A stretch of DNA of 64,000 bases, taken from contig CM041465.1 in NCBI GenBank assembly GCA_023213395.1, positions 115,079,741 to 115,143,740 on the forward strand, written 5' to 3'. Positions 57,901 through 64,000 of this stretch are shown here, piece after piece. The notes beneath the pieces are model-generated. The model saw nothing but the letters and a program-made list of their open reading frames with translations. It was not told the origin of the DNA and did not search any database. The translations under genes and the position numbers were made by a program. Within the stretch, counting starts at the first letter, position 1; every line of letters begins with the position of its first letter. Source of the stretch: Cycas panzhihuaensis (lineage: Eukaryota > Plantae > Cycadophyta).

Positions 57901-58871
57901 TGGGGGTATCTTTCAACTCCAAACCCTAGGGTTTGTATAAGAGGGATTGCTTCCTTTATTATTCCTACAAGTTAGTACTCAAGAAAGAAAAATATTGTAA
58001 CAATCCTCTATAATTTATTTATGCAAGTAAACTAATATAAGTATATGTTTCCTAGCTTTCAGGAATGGGATTCAGACGATCTGTCAAACATGGTGAGTAC
58101 AAGTATAATCTATGCCCTTCTATTATCTTTTATCTTATTTACATATATTTGATTTATGGTGGTGGATGTTTACTTGGCATTTTTGCTTGATTAATCAAGT
58201 TATATCCCTCACTTTAGTTGATCATAAGTAGGACAATGTTCATGGCCCTCATGTCCCTCCATTAGTTTTATTGAGTCAGAAAATAGATACCTCCCTGCTT
58301 GTAAGCAACCTATTTCTTCATTTTAACTAATTGTTTTTGCATGCTTCTTTGCCTTGATTTACCTTGCTTCCATCTGTAATTGATAGATAGGTGTTTGCAG
58401 ACCTCTGTTTCCTAGATTTCCTAGTATGTACTTAGGTAAAACAATCAAAATTTACTTTTTGCTAGCATATCACTTTGATTTTTATATATATTTCTGTACT
58501 ATGAAGTATTTCACCATACTGCAAGGATCTTCATAGTACTACTAAAGAATTTATGATACGACTATCATATGCTTAGATTTAGGTTTAATTGCTATTAGCC
58601 CACTATTAATGTACCTGAATCATCATCATGATAGATCTTGTTAGTTCTAGGCAACTCATATCTACTTTGGAGGGATGAAACAACCCCCGAATCCTCCCTT
58701 TTCCTAATATTTTCTTGATTTGGGCATCCAAATCCCCTCAAACATTCCAACTAATCTATGGTTTCCCTTGAATGGTTTCCCCTACATTGTGGGTAGGAAA
58801 CCACTCGCCTGTCACCCTCGTTTGTGCTATAAGACCCCCAGATTTTTCAAAGAGAAGGGGGGAGGTCTATT

Positions 58872-61800
58872 GTAAGATGAAGTTGCTAGAGAGATGTTAT
58901 CAAATTTTTGTCATATACACTAGCCTTTGAGAGATCAACTAGCAAGCCTTAGTAAGGACTAAAGGAGCACATTCTTAATAGTTGAAGGGAGCCTTGAGGA
59001 GAGAGGTCTTATGTCGTGATTGGCCATTATCTTTTAATAAAGGAATTGTTAATCCATTCCTAAGCTCTAGTAATTATTGCCTTTTTCTATTTTGTTATCT
59101 TGTTTTTCCACCATGTTGTGAGGATACTTGATGCTTTGATTCTAGTTAGTGTTCCTCTTCTTTCCTCTCATATCTCCATTTGATATTGAAGCTACTTGTT
59201 ATTTTTTGGTTGCTTGCTTTCACCCTTATTTACCTTGTTTGCCAAATTTTTTTAGTATTGTTTAATGGATTTATAAGCAAGTGGGGAGGTTTCCTAAGTG
59301 TAGCTTAGGAAACCAATTATCTAGGAGGGACGGTGCCATTTTAAGGCTCTCCTTATTTTCTCTCAATTATCCTTATTTTCATGATCATTAGATCATAGAT
59401 TTTACTTTCTCATTTCATAGTTTATATGACACTTGTTTTGAGTAACATATGCATGATATCCTTGGAAGAGAGAGCTAATTTATGTGTAGGAAGGAAGAAT
59501 AGTTGTTGGTTTAACAAGATTCGCATAAAGGATCTCACCTCCATTGTTTGTTTCAACCATAGAAGAGGTAAATAGTAACAACTCTTAACTAAGATTTCCT
59601 TTGAGTTTCTTGTTTCCTTTCAAGTTTTTCTTTCCTTTCTTCCTTTCCATCATAAGGGAAACTAGCATGCAGAAACATTGCTAGATTTCTCTCGGGGGGA
59701 GGTAAGTGAACCCCCCAATTTGGCACCAAATCAATCATGTGGAAAGTAAGGACACTAGATTTGTCACCATTCAACATCATTATCACGAGTATATATTCCT
59801 TCTTCTCTTGCCTTAATCACAACATTTGATTTTGTTCCACTTTATTTTCCAAAAAAAGAAAGGAGAGAAAAAGAAGGATAGAAAAGGAAGGGTATTAGGG
59901 CAGAAGGAGTAGGAAACAACAAAAAGAAAGGAAGGGAAAGAGAGAGAGGCATCCTTTGATTGACCATCCTCTTTTTCATACTCTCATTTTTTGAAAAGTG
60001 AAGATTTCTTTTGTTCTTACTTTAATTCTTTAAGTGTCATTTTGTTTTAACTTTTTCCTTTTATAATTGTTCCTTGCATTAGGATTAACCTCCAAAACAC
60101 TAGAAATCACAAAACACAAAAATCCCCTAAAAAAGGGAAGAAAACAAAAAAAAAAAGAAAAGAAAGAAAAGAGAGAAAACCAAAAAGAAAAAACTACAAG
60201 TCAAAACAGACCCATAGATAGGTTAGTCTTTGCCTCTCTTTTGTAAAAGCCTGAATAGAGGGAAGGACCACAAGATGCAAGTTCTTGAACTCATAGGGCT
60301 ATGGCTTTCCTTAGGTAGAACCACCTTTCTCATATACACCCAATAAGAATAACATATAGGTGCACAACTCATCCATTGCCTCTTATCTTTTCTACTCACC
60401 ATAGGTGCATTAGAACGAAGTGTTGAGTCCACCCTCATGTGTCCATCTATGTTTAGGTTACCATAGGTTGGCCACATAGTTATGCTCAAGAATTATTGCA
60501 TTTCTTATGCTTGCATTCAAGAGATGCATGGATGCCTTAGATAAGGTGTTAGAAAGATCATCATCCATTCCAACTTGCCACCTACGCCCTAGGCTTGTCT
60601 ATTAGGTTTTGTTGGTAGGTTTTTCCCTTACCTCAAGACGTGTCACTAGCAACCATACAAGGGACCCACCAGTTGGAAGCTTTGTGTCACATTCATAATC
60701 CTTCCCATTCCTTCCTTCATTTTCTTGATTTATAGGGTTTCCTTATCTCATGTGAGTAAGGACTACCTTCCTTCTTTTATGAATTTTCTTTTTTTAGCCT
60801 CTCAAGTGTGTTATACACATGGATGCATCATATTTTGCATTATTTGCATGGCTTGCTACCTTTAAAGTTTTCTTCCCCTTATACTTCCATTAATTCAAGT
60901 GACCAAGAGTCACTAATGGAAGGTTATCTGGAAGGTTGGGCTAGCTAACCCTATGCCCAAGAATGGCCCTAGGGTGAAGCCCCTTACCCTTACCAAGGTC
61001 CTACCCACATAGGTAGTGACCTTTTTCATCAAGTCCCTTCATAAGAAGAGGGTTACTCTTTTCCTCCTCATTCATAGCTGTATGAGGAAATCATGCCTAT
61101 AATTATCCTTCCCACCATGAGCATGCCATGGGTTCTTATCCTTATTATCTCGGTCATGATGACGAGCCTTCTACTCCTAATGACCTTAGTCATACTCCTT
61201 CCAGTGATGCAGTTAAAACATTGAGAGAATGTTTTGAGGCCATTACTATCCAACCCCTATAATGATAGCTACAATGTTTTCTCACCACTACTTCTACAAC
61301 TTCTTCTACTATCCCTCCTCCCTTAGCTACACATGCTTTACCTTCAACATTATTTGATATTGTCGTTATGGCCCCCACATCTTGAACTACGTCAATGGAA
61401 GGTGAACTAATCAATGATGCCCCCCCCCATTCATGTGAAGGGGGTACTGTATCATGCCTTCACACTTCCATTCCTCCACCCACTACTTTACACCTCCCAC
61501 CCTCACCTATGATTCCTACCATCCTCGTTACCTAGGGTAATCAAATATGCACCTAATACATCCATGTTTGCATATGATGGACCCTCATTTGTGTGTGCCC
61601 CTAAGTTACGCATCATTACCATAGAGGCATGGGGGATTTAACCCCCTTCCTACTTATGGAGTTGATTTTCTCCATCCTTATGGAGTTGCCCCACCCATTT
61701 GAGGGCCATTTAAGCAAAACCCATTGCTCCTTCTTTCTTCCCAACATATCCTTCCACCTCCTTTTATGCCTCTTGGTGCCTCTTATGGTATCCAACCTTA

Positions 61801-64000
61801 TTATTATACACACCCAAGGGGTGGACCTAGATATCTTAGACCCTCTTCATACCCTTCATATCCTTCCTACTCTTATGGGGGACTACCTCCCTCATCAACC
61901 CAATTAGGGGGAGTTGCATATGCCTCTTAACCCTATCTATTATGTCACCAAGGCTATCCACCCCATTCCCACCCTACTCACATACTCAATGTGAGTAGTA
62001 GATATCCTTATGGGGGACCCTCTCACTCCCCTGCTGATCTGCTAGCCCAACTAGGTGCATGACCTTTTGTCGATTATAGGTTAAGTTCACACTTGATTGA
62101 GGCCCTTCGAACCAACTTGCCTCCGCATCCTCTAGAAGTGCCTAAATTCTATGGTACTTTATCTCAAGACCTAACTAATCATGTTAGGGATTTTTCCATG
62201 GCACGTATCGATTACTGGTCCTATGACCATATTTTAATGAAGCTCTTTCTATGCTCACTTTAAGGAAATTCCTTGAAATGGTTTTATCAACTTCATTCCC
62301 ATTCAATTTTTATGTTTTAACAATTAGTTGACTCTTTTGTCAACTACTTCAATGTGGCTTACCCCTTTGAAAGCAAGGTTAAAGTATTACTCTCCTTGAA
62401 GCAAGGTCATGATGAGCTAAACTACGATTTTGTCTAATGGTTTCATGACCTTTTTTATTCCCTCCAGGGCCACGTTGCCAAAGAAATTAAAGTATGATAT
62501 TTTTGTTAATACTTTGAGACTTGAAGTCCATGCCAAAGTCCTTAAAATGGAGGAAGCCACCTATGAATTTGCCATAGCTAAATGCTTGGTGTTAGAATCC
62601 ATTGAGATCTAACCCGGTCTCAAAAAGATCACAAAGAATTTATAATGCTGTGAGGCATAACCTCTTCCACATGAGAATAAAGGGTCCCAACAACAAGAAT
62701 CTAGGCCCCCAGTCAACTCATATGATAAGACTTTGGATCCCTTAACTTCAGTCATGTGATCATTCGAATGAATGGTGTGTAATTTGAAATTACATCCTAC
62801 TTAAGCACCATAATAGCTATATCTTCCCCAATTTGGATATAGGCAAGTCCACCAAGCTATCTAAGATCTACCTCCTAAGAATGATGGAGTTCCACGTCCC
62901 CAAGCTAAGAGGACAAGCCCCCACTAGAAAAGAAGTGGTGTTCGATCTATAGGGAATGCACTCATGATGATTCTAGGTGCTAGATGCAACAACCGAAATT
63001 AGCTCCTTCACAAGACCCACCTCCTCAAGGTGAGTCAAAACTAAACTTGGAGCAACTGTGCATTAGGAGACCTTCCCAAATCACAAAGAGCAACTTGCTT
63101 AGCAACAAGGAAGGTGAAGTAGAAATAGGAAGCCAACTCAACCTCCTCCTATTGATCAAATAAGGGAAAGAACCCATAGGTGGTTCCTCCCCCTCAACTC
63201 TAGTTACTCAATTCGCTATAACCTCTTAACCTAAGAATAGGGGTAAGAGAGTTATTCAATTACTTGAGATCACTCATATATACCTTGTTATGATGTGTTA
63301 AGCTGCTAAGGAGGCTAGAAAAGGCTTCAAATCACAACAAACTTCCCAAGTAAAGACTCCTCCAATTGAGATACCTTTAGTTCCTAAAACCATCCTTATT
63401 TACTTAGGTTGATACCACTTTCAGTGTGCTCTCCTGTAACCCACTAGGAAAGGGAAGGCAATTTCTATCATTGAAGAGTTTCACACCATCTTAGTAGGGA
63501 TGTCTATGATGGATGTCTTGAAGAGTTTCCTTAACAAAAGGGTGCTCTTGTTGGAAGCCTAGGGTTCAATGAAATCCCAATTTATTCAGTCGGCACCTCC
63601 TTGACCTATAGGTCAAGCCTTATCTTGTTTGACCTATGCGACCTCCCTCCACCTAAAGATAGATACTTATATTGGAATTATCCTTTCATAATCATCATTG
63701 AGACACTGAACTATACCCTAAAGAGGACCGTTGTAGACAACAATTCTTTAGTTAATACAATGCCAGTTCATATGCTTAAGGAGCTAGGTATTGAAGCTCT
63801 TTAACTTGTCTCATGGAGGTGTGAAGCTTACAATGGGGTTGAAAAATCTCCTTTAGGGATGGTTAAGCTCCCTCTCACTTTAGAAGATAAGACTGTCAAA
63901 ACTGATATAGTCATTCTAGACATTGATGTTGATTATAACCTTCTCTTGGGATGATCCTAGCTTGACTAGATGGGAACCATGTGCTCATCTAGGTGGGGGC
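58872..64000 (+). mobile_element. Element I: second copy of the G (Tat-like) family in plus orientation, gag and protease, truncated by the window end; left boundary uncertain
   Basis: Gag PPHPLEVPKFYG..QDLTNH...ARIDYWSYDHILMKLF (62120-62620) is collinear with G's gag. Protease VVDNNSLVNTMP...DYNLLLG at 63690-63960. Pro/Tyr-rich degenerate gag N-terminus at ~60900-62100. Confidence 0.75.

Overview
AT-rich (roughly 30% GC by eye) land-plant nuclear DNA with no intact host gene: a graveyard of nested, degenerate retroelements. Structure read from LTR pairs, PBS/PPT sites and target-site duplications (TSDs): an old Copia (A, 868-28911) contains a non-autonomous LTR element (B, ~1570-9907) that itself holds a complete but defective Copia (C, 3219-8513). 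A also contains a second Copia (D, 11776-27060), which holds a 5'-truncated RNase H-bearing L1 LINE (14572-15861) and a gag-only LTR element (E, 19320-25265). The right half holds a Ty3/Gypsy pol remnant, a Copia RT-RH remnant (F), a Tat-like element with GAG-PROT-aRH order and no RT (G) interrupted by another Copia (H, 47168-54090), and a second copy of the G family in the opposite orientation running off the window end. The most notable feature is inside E: its 5' leader carries a ~1.4 kb concatemer of captured host coding fragments (MSH3, CDC5, 3-isopropylmalate dehydrogenase, UPF1, plus unassigned pieces), all antisense to the element's own transcript. Protein assignments come from my recall of plant family motifs, not from database searches.
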